Below, one piece after another: positions 18,006 through 26,732 of a stretch of DNA of 26,732 bases. Within the stretch, counting starts at the first letter, position 1; each line of letters begins with the position of its first letter. The notes beneath the pieces are model-generated. The model was not told the origin of the DNA, did not search any database, and was given only the letters and a program-made list of their open reading frames with translations. The stretch spans positions 1-26,732 of the forward strand of contig JBNJGY010000025.1 of assembly GCA_051748045.1 (NCBI GenBank), read 5' to 3'. Source of the DNA: Thermotogota bacterium (lineage in GTDB: Bacteria; Thermotogota; Thermotogae; Petrotogales; Petrotogaceae). A program made the translations under genes and the position numbers.

Positions 18006-18036
18006 AATAATGAATGCACAACCGGAGGTGTATATT

Positions 18037-18243
18037 ATGGATTCAATGCAAGTGTCTGCAATGCAGTCTAATATGTCTACAGCACAAACTGGTATGAAAG
18101 TATCAACAGCTGTAGCTAAAAAAGCAATGGACACAACTGAAATGATGGGTAATATGCTCATGGAAAACATAGAAAGTTCAAAAGTTGATGTTTCATTCGC
18201 ACAAGATGGTAATAGAGGAAAATTTATTGACTTCCGGGTTTAA
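18037..18243 (+). CDS. YjfB family putative motility protein
   Basis: 68 aa, Met-rich, AVAKKAMD core and G..ID..V C-terminus typical of YjfB; GGAGGTG RBS before ATG 18037. Confidence 0.8.
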   Translation: MDSMQVSAMQSNMSTAQTGMKVSTAVAKKAMDTTEMMGNMLMENIESSKVDVSFAQDGNRGKFIDFRV

Positions 18244-18249
18244 AAAACC

Positions 18250-18275
18250 AACCTCGGCATTTGCCGGGGTTTTTT
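18250..18275 (+). terminator. Intrinsic terminator after the yjfB-like gene
   Basis: AACCTCGGCA-tt-TGCCGGGGTT followed by a T-run. Confidence 0.85.
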
Positions 18276-18378
18276 ATTTTAAATGAAACATATTATTTCA
18301 AATATGTTATAATTTATAAAGAACAAATTGTCTTTTAAAGCTCAATAGAAGAACTTAATAATATAACGAGGTGAAATT

Positions 18379-19419
18379 ATGAAATTCATAGATTTAAGAA
18401 GCGATACAGTTACACACCCAACTGATGAAATGAGAGAAGCAATGGCCAAAGCAAACGTTGGAGATGATGTTTATCAAGATGATTCCACTACAATAGAACT
18501 AGAAAATTACGCAGCGGAAATTACAGGAAAAGAAGCAGGATTATTTGTTCCTTCTGGAACTTTTGGTAACCAGTTGGCATTATTTACCCATTGTGAAAGA
18601 GGAAATGAAGTTATTATAGGTAAAGATTCTCACATTGTTATTCATGAAGTGGGTGCAGCGTCTGTAATAGCAGGTGTTCAATTGAGAACCTTAAACACTA
18701 TAAAGGGTGAAATGAATATAGAAGAAATAGTAGAGACAATCAGAAAAGAAGAAGATATTCATTTTCCTAAAACTGGTTTAATAGCCTTAGAAAATGCTTA
18801 TTCAAATGGAAAAGCTTTATCTTTAAATTATATGAAAACAATTAGAAAAATATCAAAAAAATACAATATACCCATACATTTAGATGGAGCAAGGCTTTTT
18901 AATGCAGCTACATCGTTGAATGTAGATGTTAAAGATCTAGCAAATGAGGTAGACTCCATTCAATTTTGTCTTTCAAAAGGACTTTGTTCACCAATCGGTT
19001 CTTTGTTGGTAGGTAAAAAATCTTTTATAGACAAAGCAAGGAAGAAAAGAAAATTAATGGGTGGGGGCCTTAGACAAACAGGTATTTTAGCAGCAGCTGG
19101 ATTGATATCCTTAAAGAAAATGACTAAAAGGTTAAATGAAGACCATGAAAATGCAAAATACCTTGCTAAAAATATTTCAAAAATTCCAGGAATATCATTA
19201 AATATTGATAATGTAGATATTAACCTTGTTTTCTTTAAAATTGATAAAAACAAATATAAAACAAATGATATCGTTGAGTTTTTTAAAAAAAGAAATATTA
19301 TAATTAATCCTGAAGAAGATGGTTATATGAGATTTGTAACTCATTATTGGGTTTCAAAAGAAGATTTAGATCATGTTATAGAAACAACAAATAAATATTT
19401 CAATTACATGGAGATATAA
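18379..19419 (+). CDS. ltaE: Low-specificity L-threonine aldolase
   Basis: DLRSDTVT, VGDDVY, PSGTFGN, HLDGARLFNA and PLP-Lys in CLSKGL; TGTTATAAT at 18305-18313. Confidence 0.96.
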   Translation: MKFIDLRSDTVTHPTDEMREAMAKANVGDDVYQDDSTTIELENYAAEITGKEAGLFVPSGTFGNQLALFTHCERGNEVIIGKDSHIVIHEVGAASVIAGVQLRTLNTIKGEMNIEEIVETIRKEEDIHFPKTGLIALENAYSNGKALSLNYMKTIRKISKKYNIPIHLDGARLFNAATSLNVDVKDLANEVDSIQFCLSKGLCSPIGSLLVGKKSFIDKARKKRKLMGGGLRQTGILAAAGLISLKKMTKRLNEDHENAKYLAKNISKIPGISLNIDNVDINLVFFKIDKNKYKTNDIVEFFKKRNIIINPEEDGYMRFVTHYWVSKEDLDHVIETTNKYFNYMEI

Positions 19420-21620
19420 TGCCTAAGATATCTTTTAAAAAGTACCTATTGAATAGAATTAAGATTTATTCTTTAATATTTTTTATTTCAGCTTTAACAA
19501 TAATAATTCTTCTAACTCTTTATATAAATAGAGAAATAAAAACTGCTATAGATGAGCAGTTAAATTTTGTTATTAAAAAATCTGTTTCGAATTATGATTT
19601 GCAAATAACAAGCATAGAAAATGATTTGAATGAGATTATGTTTAAATCATTAGAAGATATTAATTCTTATGACATTGACAAACTAGAACAAACCAAAAAA
19701 ATAATTATTGAAAAAAGTCAATACTCACATTTAATTGAAAATGTATATTATTTTTTGGCTAATGAAAAAGGAATAATTTCAAAAACAAATTATTCACCTG
19801 ATTTGAATTTAGATTTATCTAAAATAGATATATTATGGAATGACTTAAGTAAAATAAAAAAAGGCGAAATACATAAACAAGCTTTAACACATCAAACTAA
19901 TACCAATAATCCCTGGTTATATATTTATAAGAAAATCTCAAATGGTGATTACATTGAAATTGGAATAGATTTTAAAGATGAGTTCAATACTATTATTTTT
20001 AAAAACCTTCTTGATTTTGTTGAAGAAAGCAATACAATACAAAGTATTGAGATTTATACTCCATATTTCACCAATTTTATTAAAGAAAAAGAATTGCCTT
20101 TAGAATATATACAATATTTTCAATCTTTACCAGAAAATGAAATCAATTATATTGACGATGGTTTTTACAAATTCAAAACATTTTTGAAAATAAATTCTCA
20201 ATATGGGTTTAGATATATTATCTTAAATTTGGATTATGTAAATTCTAGAAATATTTTTATTTCTATGATTATTTTAATTGGTATAGTTCCTATTTTATTA
20301 TTTTTAATTATTAGATTTTATGTTGTAAAACAAACTTATAAAATAATCAAACCTATAAACGACACAGCAAAAACAATGAAAAAATATACTGAAAATAATT
20401 ATTCTTTGGAAAATCTTCAGATAAATGAAACCAATATTAAAGAAATAGATTCTATAAAAGATAATTTTTTTGAAATGACAAAAAAAATAAAAAATACTAT
20501 AATTGAACAAGAAACTACTAATAGAGAATTAGAAGAGATGTATGAAAACAATGAAATACTTATAAAGAAAATAAATAGATTAATTAGATTGACTGTTGAT
20601 TCAAAAAAATTCGAAAATTTAGAAGATTTTTTAAAATATTTGTTTAATAATATTTTTGATTTTATTCCAGAAGCAGACTATGGTTCTTTAAGTATAATTA
20701 AAAATGGTAAAAGACATTTTATAGATAGCAAAGGTCACAATTTAGATATTTTAGAAAAAATTGATTTAGATGATGGGCTTTTTGTTGAAGAAAAGGAAAT
20801 TAAAATAGTAGAAGATATTTTAGAATATGATAGAAATTCAATACCTGAAAACGAAGCAAATTTATTCATTAAAGCTTCAAAACCAATTAGAAGTACCTTG
20901 ATAATTCCTTTTAATGCAAATGACAAAATATATGGAAATATGAATTTAGACATTGACAAATTTTCAAATAAACATTTTACTCAAGAATCATTAAGATTTT
21001 CTAAGTTCTTTTCTGACATAATAACTTCATATATTATTATCGCTGAATACCAAAATCTAGATAGTAAATATAAAGAAGATATGATCAAATCAATAATAAA
21101 CCTAGTTGAAATTCATGATAATTACACAAAAGGTCACTCAAGTAATGTATCAAAGTTAGCTATTAAATTTTCAAAAATACTAAACTTAGAAAGAGAAAAG
21201 CAATATCAAATATATTGGGCTGCTCTAATCCACGATATGGGCAAAATAGTCATCCCATTTGATATTCTAAATAAACCTTCAAAATTAACAGAAGAAGAAT
21301 TTCAACAAATTAAAAAACATCCTGATTATGCTTATAATGTTTTAAAAGATATTGACACGATGAGGGAAATAGCTCTTTATATAAAACATCATCATGAAAG
21401 AATTGATGGAAAAGGATATCCAGACAAATTGAAAGGTGATGAAATTCCTTTCGAATCAAAAATAATTTGTATATGTGATGCTTGGGATGCTATGACAAGT
21501 AAACGTAGTTATAAAAGACCTCTTACAAAAGAACAAGCAATTCAAGAAATTTCAAAAAATATGGGAACACAATTCGATAAAGACTTAGCTGAAATATTTT
21601 TAAAATATGTTATTAATTAA
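19419..21620 (+). CDS. Membrane sensor HD-GYP cyclic-dinucleotide phosphodiesterase
   Basis: Two TMs flanking an extracytoplasmic domain, HAMP-like linker, GAF-like region, then HDMGK, HHERIDGKGYP, DAWDAMTS.RSYK. Confidence 0.9.
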   Translation: MPKISFKKYLLNRIKIYSLIFFISALTIIILLTLYINREIKTAIDEQLNFVIKKSVSNYDLQITSIENDLNEIMFKSLEDINSYDIDKLEQTKKIIIEKSQYSHLIENVYYFLANEKGIISKTNYSPDLNLDLSKIDILWNDLSKIKKGEIHKQALTHQTNTNNPWLYIYKKISNGDYIEIGIDFKDEFNTIIFKNLLDFVEESNTIQSIEIYTPYFTNFIKEKELPLEYIQYFQSLPENEINYIDDGFYKFKTFLKINSQYGFRYIILNLDYVNSRNIFISMIILIGIVPILLFLIIRFYVVKQTYKIIKPINDTAKTMKKYTENNYSLENLQINETNIKEIDSIKDNFFEMTKKIKNTIIEQETTNRELEEMYENNEILIKKINRLIRLTVDSKKFENLEDFLKYLFNNIFDFIPEADYGSLSIIKNGKRHFIDSKGHNLDILEKIDLDDGLFVEEKEIKIVEDILEYDRNSIPENEANLFIKASKPIRSTLIIPFNANDKIYGNMNLDIDKFSNKHFTQESLRFSKFFSDIITSYIIIAEYQNLDSKYKEDMIKSIINLVEIHDNYTKGHSSNVSKLAIKFSKILNLEREKQYQIYWAALIHDMGKIVIPFDILNKPSKLTEEEFQQIKKHPDYAYNVLKDIDTMREIALYIKHHHERIDGKGYPDKLKGDEIPFESKIICICDAWDAMTSKRSYKRPLTKEQAIQEISKNMGTQFDKDLAEIFLKYVIN

Positions 21621-21641
21621 ATATTCTGGGGGGAATTTTTT

Positions 21642-22883
21642 GTGAAAGACAAATCATTTACTTTTATACACTGTTCTGATTTACATCTAGGAAAGAATTT
21701 TTCACACAGAGAAAATATAGACAAAAAAATATTTGAATACATATTAACCTCGTCATATGAATCTTTCAAAAATATTGTAAAAGATGCAATAAAATTCAAC
21801 GTTGATTTTATAGTTATTTCAGGTGATGTTTTTGATACTGTATCACATAAATTAAAGGCTCAGCTTTTTTTAAAAGAACAGTTTGAAAAATTAAATAATC
21901 ATGGAATTAATGTATATATGATTCATGGAAATCATGATCCAGTTAATGAATGGAAAAAAAATATTGACTTTCCAAAAAACACTTTTTCTTTTAGTACAGA
22001 AGAAGTGAAATCCTATGAATTTAAAAAATCAGGAGAAATACTTGCAAAAATATCTGGTATTTCTTTTGGAAAAGCAGAAATACAAGAAAATCTCTCACTT
22101 AAATTTGAAAATAAAAAAGAGGAAATATACAATATAGCTCTTTTGCACTCCAATGTTGGAGGAATAAAAGGCTTAGACAATTACTCTCCAGCTTCATTAA
22201 ATGATTTAATATACAAGAATTTTGATTATTGGGCTCTAGGACATTATCATAACAAAAAAATATTAAATCAAAATCCTTATATTGTTTACTCAGGAACAAC
22301 TCAAGGACTCAGTATAAATGAGAATGGAGAAAAGGGGTATTATTTAGTAAAAGTATACAACAAAAATACTGAAATTGAATTTAAAAAATCATCAGTTTTA
22401 AGTTGGGAAAAAGTCCATATTAATTTAGACACTATTGAAAGTATAGATGAATTACTAAACATAATTTCTCAAGAAATTAATAAACTTAAAGAAGAAACAC
22501 CAAAGATAATAAGAATCCTTTTAAATGGACATACAAAGATTCATAATGATTTAACAGATGAAAACTTAAATGACATTCTCTCTAAATTTAGAGAAGCAGA
22601 AATAGAAGAAGAAAATTTCATTTGGATAGAAAAAATTAAAAATAATACTCTACCAGAAATAGAAATTGAATCTTTAAAAAAAGAAAATGATTTTATTTCA
22701 AGATTCATTGAAAACTATGATGAAATGAAAGAAGGTTTTGAAACAATATTATCTAAAGATAACTCCTACCCTAGATTAAAAAAATATATAAATAACTTTA
22801 CAGAAGAAGAAAAAAAAGAAATCCTTCAAAACAGTATGATAGATGGAATCGATTTTTTAAGAGGTGAAAAAAATGATAATTAA
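21642..22883 (+). CDS. Mre11/SbcD-like DNA repair exonuclease (YhaO type)
   Basis: SDLHLG, SGDVFD, HGNHD, LLH, WALGHYH and YSGTTQG phosphoesterase motifs. Confidence 0.92.
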   Translation: MKDKSFTFIHCSDLHLGKNFSHRENIDKKIFEYILTSSYESFKNIVKDAIKFNVDFIVISGDVFDTVSHKLKAQLFLKEQFEKLNNHGINVYMIHGNHDPVNEWKKNIDFPKNTFSFSTEEVKSYEFKKSGEILAKISGISFGKAEIQENLSLKFENKKEEIYNIALLHSNVGGIKGLDNYSPASLNDLIYKNFDYWALGHYHNKKILNQNPYIVYSGTTQGLSINENGEKGYYLVKVYNKNTEIEFKKSSVLSWEKVHINLDTIESIDELLNIISQEINKLKEETPKIIRILLNGHTKIHNDLTDENLNDILSKFREAEIEEENFIWIEKIKNNTLPEIEIESLKKENDFISRFIENYDEMKEGFETILSKDNSYPRLKKYINNFTEEEKKEILQNSMIDGIDFLRGEKNDN

Positions 22884-25800
22884 TGATTTAAAAATAGAAA
22901 AATTTGGAAATATCGAAAACCTCGAATTAAATGATTTCAGTGCTGGAATAAATTTCATATACGGTGAAAATGAATCTGGAAAAACAAGTATAAGAAATTT
23001 CTTAAATTTCATGTATTTCGGTAGAGTAGGAAAAAGATTTTCAAATTATGAAAATATTAAAGGATACCTTTCTATAGTAAAAAATAATAAAAATTACAAA
23101 TTCAACAGAAATGAAAACAACATAGAAATTTTCAACGAAAATGGGGATAAAATAGATTATTCTCCAAATGTTTATTTCTTAAATTCTATAGATATAAACA
23201 CATTTGAAAATATTTTCTCTCTAACTTTAGAAGAATTAGAGAAATTGAATATAAATTCAGAGAATATAAATAATTTAATATTTTCTGCTGGTACTGGTTT
23301 AGGAAATCTAAACTTAAATAATGTAGTACAAAAAATTCAAAAACAAAATGATAACTTAATAAGGCCTTATGGAAACACTCAAGAAATCCCTTTAAAAATT
23401 CAAGACATAAATAATTTGGATTCTGAAATTAAAGAGATGAATAAAAAATTAGAAAGTTATGACTTAATTGTCAAATACATACACAAAAAAAATGAAACAT
23501 TTTTAGATAACAAAAAAAACATAGATATTCTAAAGAACAATCTAAAAAAATATGAATTTGCAGAAGACACTTTTGAGTACAATTCTAAAATAAAAGAACT
23601 TGAAAAAGAAGAAAATAAACTCAAATATGCTGATACATTTCCTTCAAATGGAAAAGAAAGATATGACTCAATAAAAACTCAAAAAGAAAACAAAAAATCA
23701 TTATTAAATGAATTAATCAACGACAAAAATAATCTTATTGAAACTCAGGAAAATTTAAAAATTGATAACGATTTAATAGATAATCAAGAAATAATAGAAA
23801 AACTCAACAAAGAAAAAGAAAGTTATTTAGAAAAGAAAATAGAACTTTCTAACAAAAATGATAGAATAATAAATTTAAAAGCAGAATTAGATGAAAAACT
23901 ATCCATAATAGGTCCTGAATGGACAGAAGAAAAATTAAATAAAACAGTTATAACAGCAGATGCTAGAAATATAGCAAACAGAACTTCAGAAAGGTTAAAA
24001 ACTCTTTCATCTGAAATAATATCTTTAGAAAATACAATAAAAATAGAAAAAGAAAAACTCCCTGAATACAATAATAAAATAGAAAACATAACTCAACAAA
24101 TAGAAAATATACCAGAGAAAAGCAGAAACATAGAACAAATAAAGAATACAAAATCTTCTATTTTTAAACTACAAAAAACATTTGAAAAGATAAACATAAA
24201 AGTAAACCAAAAGGATGATATACAAAATAATATAGAAGAATTATCACGAGAAATAGACTTGAAAACAGAAAAAGAGAAAAATTTACATTCTTTTTATTCT
24301 GAAAAATCATTCTTTATAATATCTTTATTAATGCTTTTAGGAGGAATCTCTGGATTTTTCTATTTTGATATAATCTATCCATTAATACTTACAACTATTT
24401 CTGTAATTATGTTAATTACTAATTCAAACACTAAAAAATCATTAAATAAGCAAAAAAATGAAATAAAAAAAGAAATAGATGATAAAAATGCAAAAATTGA
24501 CAAACTCTATCAAAAGATAAAAGATATAAACAGAGAGCTAGAAGACTTAGGACAAGAAAAAATTGAAATAATTGAACAAGGTGAATTACCAGCAACTATA
24601 ACTGAAGATCAATTAGACCTTTTTAGACAAAAAGCAGAAGAACAAAATGAATTTTATGAAAAATTCCAAAACCTATTAGATCTTAAAAAATATTATACAG
24701 ATGAAAAAGAATATTCACAAAACCAAATTGAAAAACTATCTGAAGAAAAAGATAATTACCTAAAAGAGAAAAATGAAAAAGAAAGAGAATGGAAAAATTG
24801 GATAGAAGAAAAAAATTATGAAAAGAACTACACTCCTGATACATTTGAAACATTTATAAGTATAATATCAAGTGCAAAAAATATATTTAGATCTTACAAT
24901 CAGATAAAAACTGAAAAAGAAAAAATCCTAGAAACATTGAATGATTTTGAAAATGCATTAAATTCATTGAAAAATATTTTAAATAAAAATATAACTGAAG
25001 AAAATGTAGAAATGATTTACCAAAAAATGAAAAGAAGCATAGAAAATTCTTCAAAAAAAGAAGAGTTGAACAAGGAAATTAAAAAAATAGATGAAAAAAT
25101 TAAAATAAAACAAGAAGAAATTGAAGAATTAAATAAAAAAATTGATTCTCTATTCAAAGCAGCTCAAGTAAACAACGAAGACGAATATTTTAAGATGTAT
25201 GAGGCTAAAGAAAAACTAAACTTAATCATTGAAGAAAAAGAAAAAAACCAAATCAGTATGAACTCATTTTTGAACAGTTATCAAGAAAAAGAAGAAGTAT
25301 TAAAAATATTAAAAGAAAAAGACATAAAAACCATAGAACAAAATATCACAGATTTAAAAGAAAACATAGAATCACTAGAAAACCAACAATCAGAAATAAT
25401 GAAAAAAATTGGCGAGTTAAAAAATGAAAAAAGTAATATAGAATCTATAGAAACGTATTCAGAAACTATCCAAAAAAGAGAAAATCTTATAACTGAAATA
25501 AAAGAACTAACAAAAGTATGGGCTAAAAATGTAATAACAATAAATAACCTTAATAAAACCATTGATTTCTATAAAAAGAATAGACAAAAAATATTTAAAA
25601 ATGCTAGTAAATACATAGAAAAAATCACATCAAACAAATATTCTCTTAGATATAACGAAGACAATGAAATAATTCTTTTAAACAAAGATAATTATCTAGA
25701 TTCTCAAAAATGGAGTGACGGAACATTAGACCAAGTATATCTTGCAACTAGATTAGCTTTTATTCAAGAATACAATCAAAAATCAGAAAATCTACCAATA

Positions 25801-25983
25801 ATATTAGATGATATATTGGTGAAATTTGATGTAAACAGAAAACGAAAAACAATAGAAACTTTGATCGAATATTCAAAAGATCATCAACTCTTTGTTTTCA
25901 GCTGTGATAAAAACACAAAAAATTTATTTGAAGAATTAGTTCAAAATCAAGATAACAATTATAAATATTTTGAGTTAAACTAG
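22873..25983 (+). CDS. SMC/Rad50-like ATPase, YhaN (SbcE) type, with central transmembrane hairpin
   Basis: Walker A YGENESGKTS, long coiled coils, signature WSDGT.DQ.YLA.RLA, Walker B PIILDD; GAGGTGA RBS before ATG 22873. Confidence 0.9.
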   Translation: MIINDLKIEKFGNIENLELNDFSAGINFIYGENESGKTSIRNFLNFMYFGRVGKRFSNYENIKGYLSIVKNNKNYKFNRNENNIEIFNENGDKIDYSPNVYFLNSIDINTFENIFSLTLEELEKLNINSENINNLIFSAGTGLGNLNLNNVVQKIQKQNDNLIRPYGNTQEIPLKIQDINNLDSEIKEMNKKLESYDLIVKYIHKKNETFLDNKKNIDILKNNLKKYEFAEDTFEYNSKIKELEKEENKLKYADTFPSNGKERYDSIKTQKENKKSLLNELINDKNNLIETQENLKIDNDLIDNQEIIEKLNKEKESYLEKKIELSNKNDRIINLKAELDEKLSIIGPEWTEEKLNKTVITADARNIANRTSERLKTLSSEIISLENTIKIEKEKLPEYNNKIENITQQIENIPEKSRNIEQIKNTKSSIFKLQKTFEKINIKVNQKDDIQNNIEELSREIDLKTEKEKNLHSFYSEKSFFIISLLMLLGGISGFFYFDIIYPLILTTISVIMLITNSNTKKSLNKQKNEIKKEIDDKNAKIDKLYQKIKDINRELEDLGQEKIEIIEQGELPATITEDQLDLFRQKAEEQNEFYEKFQNLLDLKKYYTDEKEYSQNQIEKLSEEKDNYLKEKNEKEREWKNWIEEKNYEKNYTPDTFETFISIISSAKNIFRSYNQIKTEKEKILETLNDFENALNSLKNILNKNITEENVEMIYQKMKRSIENSSKKEELNKEIKKIDEKIKIKQEEIEELNKKIDSLFKAAQVNNEDEYFKMYEAKEKLNLIIEEKEKNQISMNSFLNSYQEKEEVLKILKEKDIKTIEQNITDLKENIESLENQQSEIMKKIGELKNEKSNIESIETYSETIQKRENLITEIKELTKVWAKNVITINNLNKTIDFYKKNRQKIFKNASKYIEKITSNKYSLRYNEDNEIILLNKDNYLDSQKWSDGTLDQVYLATRLAFIQEYNQKSENLPIILDDILVKFDVNRKRKTIETLIEYSKDHQLFVFSCDKNTKNLFEELVQNQDNNYKYFELN

Positions 25984-26002
25984 ATAAAAATAAGAATTTA
26001 AA

Positions 26003-26040
26003 AACACCTTTTTTGGAAGAAAAAATCCAAAAAAGGTGTT
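26003..26040. terminator. Hairpin between convergent transcription units
   Basis: 15-bp perfect inverted repeat AACACCTTTTTTGGA / TCCAAAAAAGGTGTT. Confidence 0.8.
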
Positions 26041-26052
26041 CTATTTTAATGT

Positions 26053-26226
26053 TTAATTTTTTCTTTTAAAGAAGTTATATGAAATTAATAACAAATTGAA
26101 TAAAATACAAAATCCCGTTATTCTAATTAAAATGTCAGGTAGTTGGTAAATTGTATAATTAATAAGCATAATTAACAGCAAAATAACCATGACACTGTAT
26201 GAAATGAAATTATATTTTTTGTTCAT
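26053..26226 (-). CDS. Small 57-aa two-TM membrane protein (not in ORF track)
   Basis: Hand-translated: MNKKYNFISYSVMVILLLIMLINYTIYQLPDILIRITGFCILFNLLLISYNFFKRKN*. Starts 9 nt after the upstream stop and ends just before the hairpin. Confidence 0.7.
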   Translation of the reverse strand: MNKKYNFISYSVMVILLLIMLINYTIYQLPDILIRITGFCILFNLLLISYNFFKRKN

Positions 26227-26235
26227 ACTATACTT

Positions 26236-26676
26236 CTAAATTTTTCTTAAGTGATATAACTTAATAATCATGCCTATTATCAGTTGAGTAGTTGCAGCTA
26301 TTATTAAAGTAATAAATATTAAAGTATTAAAATAACCAGCAATTATACCAGATAATATCATAATAATTGAAGTAACCATTAATAATGGCATACCAGCTTT
26401 ACTTCTGATTAATTTTAGTCTTTCATCATTTTCTTTATTGTATAACAATTTCAACTTTTTATTATCTTTTATAGCTTTATCTAATTTAATAACATTTATG
26501 ATCGCCAACATTTCTAACCCAATCATCAAACCAAATTGGAAAGAATAAACAAAGTTTCCCGAATGATGATTTGGACTAATTACAAAAACATCTAATAAAA
26601 TAAACCCACAGATAATTAAAATAAATAAACTTAATAATCTTTTTCTTTTAATAACTCTTTTTCTAAACTTTTCCAT
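26236..26676 (-). CDS. Four-TM membrane protein with cytoplasmic DER motif (DUF2178-like)
   Basis: Two TM pairs linked by KENDERLKLIRSKAG; AGGGGAGAG RBS. Confidence 0.75.
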   Translation of the reverse strand: MEKFRKRVIKRKRLLSLFILIICGFILLDVFVISPNHHSGNFVYSFQFGLMIGLEMLAIINVIKLDKAIKDNKKLKLLYNKENDERLKLIRSKAGMPLLMVTSIIMILSGIIAGYFNTLIFITLIIAATTQLIIGMIIKLYHLRKI

Positions 26677-26688
26677 ATTCTCTCCCCT

Positions 26689-26732
26689 TTATTCTATATC
26701 AGAAAAATCAAATACTTCTTCAATAGTTAGCC
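26689..26732 (-). CDS. C-terminal end of a probable XRE-family HTH regulator (partial)
   Basis: Minus strand reads (G)LTIEEVFDFSDIE*, the typical tail of short Cro/XRE proteins; lies directly upstream of the DER-motif gene. Confidence 0.65.
   Translation of the reverse strand, partial: LTIEEVFDFSDIE

Noticed and set aside
21642..25983. Wadjet, Lamassu or canonical SbcCD call
   Set aside because: No kleisin/KITE/Toprim or effector partners and no CXXC hook; the motifs fit the YhaN/YhaO type.
1..26732. CRISPR array, IS element, prophage or tandem repeat
   Set aside because: No regularly spaced repeats, transposase, integrase or phage structural genes seen; intergenic gaps are short and explained by promoters, terminators and RNAs.

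Overview
Low-GC, AT-rich bacterial chromosomal window of mostly housekeeping genes. The gene set and short hydrophobic signal peptides suggest an anaerobic Thermotogota (Petrotogales-like) genome; this is inference only. The left edge carries, on the minus strand, a strong promoter and boxA leader of what is probably an rRNA operon beyond the window. Then come a split Fe-S fumarate hydratase (alpha/beta), a GNAT acetyltransferase, pepD, a YeiH-type exporter, a Nudix hydrolase, a LUD-domain protein, a FlhB-C-like protein and a metallophosphoesterase. The middle holds a TPR/prepilin peptidase/DUF218 cluster, tRNA-Pro(GGG), a DMT transporter, pncA, gpmA, and a ribD-ribE-ribBA-ribH operon under an FMN riboswitch whose terminator/antiterminator switch is readable. 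The right half has an MBL hydrolase, an exported membrane-anchored TPR-like protein, a YjfB-family gene with a sigma28-like -10, and a tightly packed ltaE / HD-GYP / YhaO (Mre11-like) / YhaN (SMC-like, with a transmembrane hairpin at the coiled-coil apex) cluster. The right edge is an XRE regulator plus two membrane-protein genes, one of them a 57-aa ORF absent from the ORF track. No CRISPR array, transposase or prophage was seen. The best candidate for an under-described system is the membrane-tethered YhaN/YhaO nuclease pair linked to a cyclic-dinucleotide phosphodiesterase.
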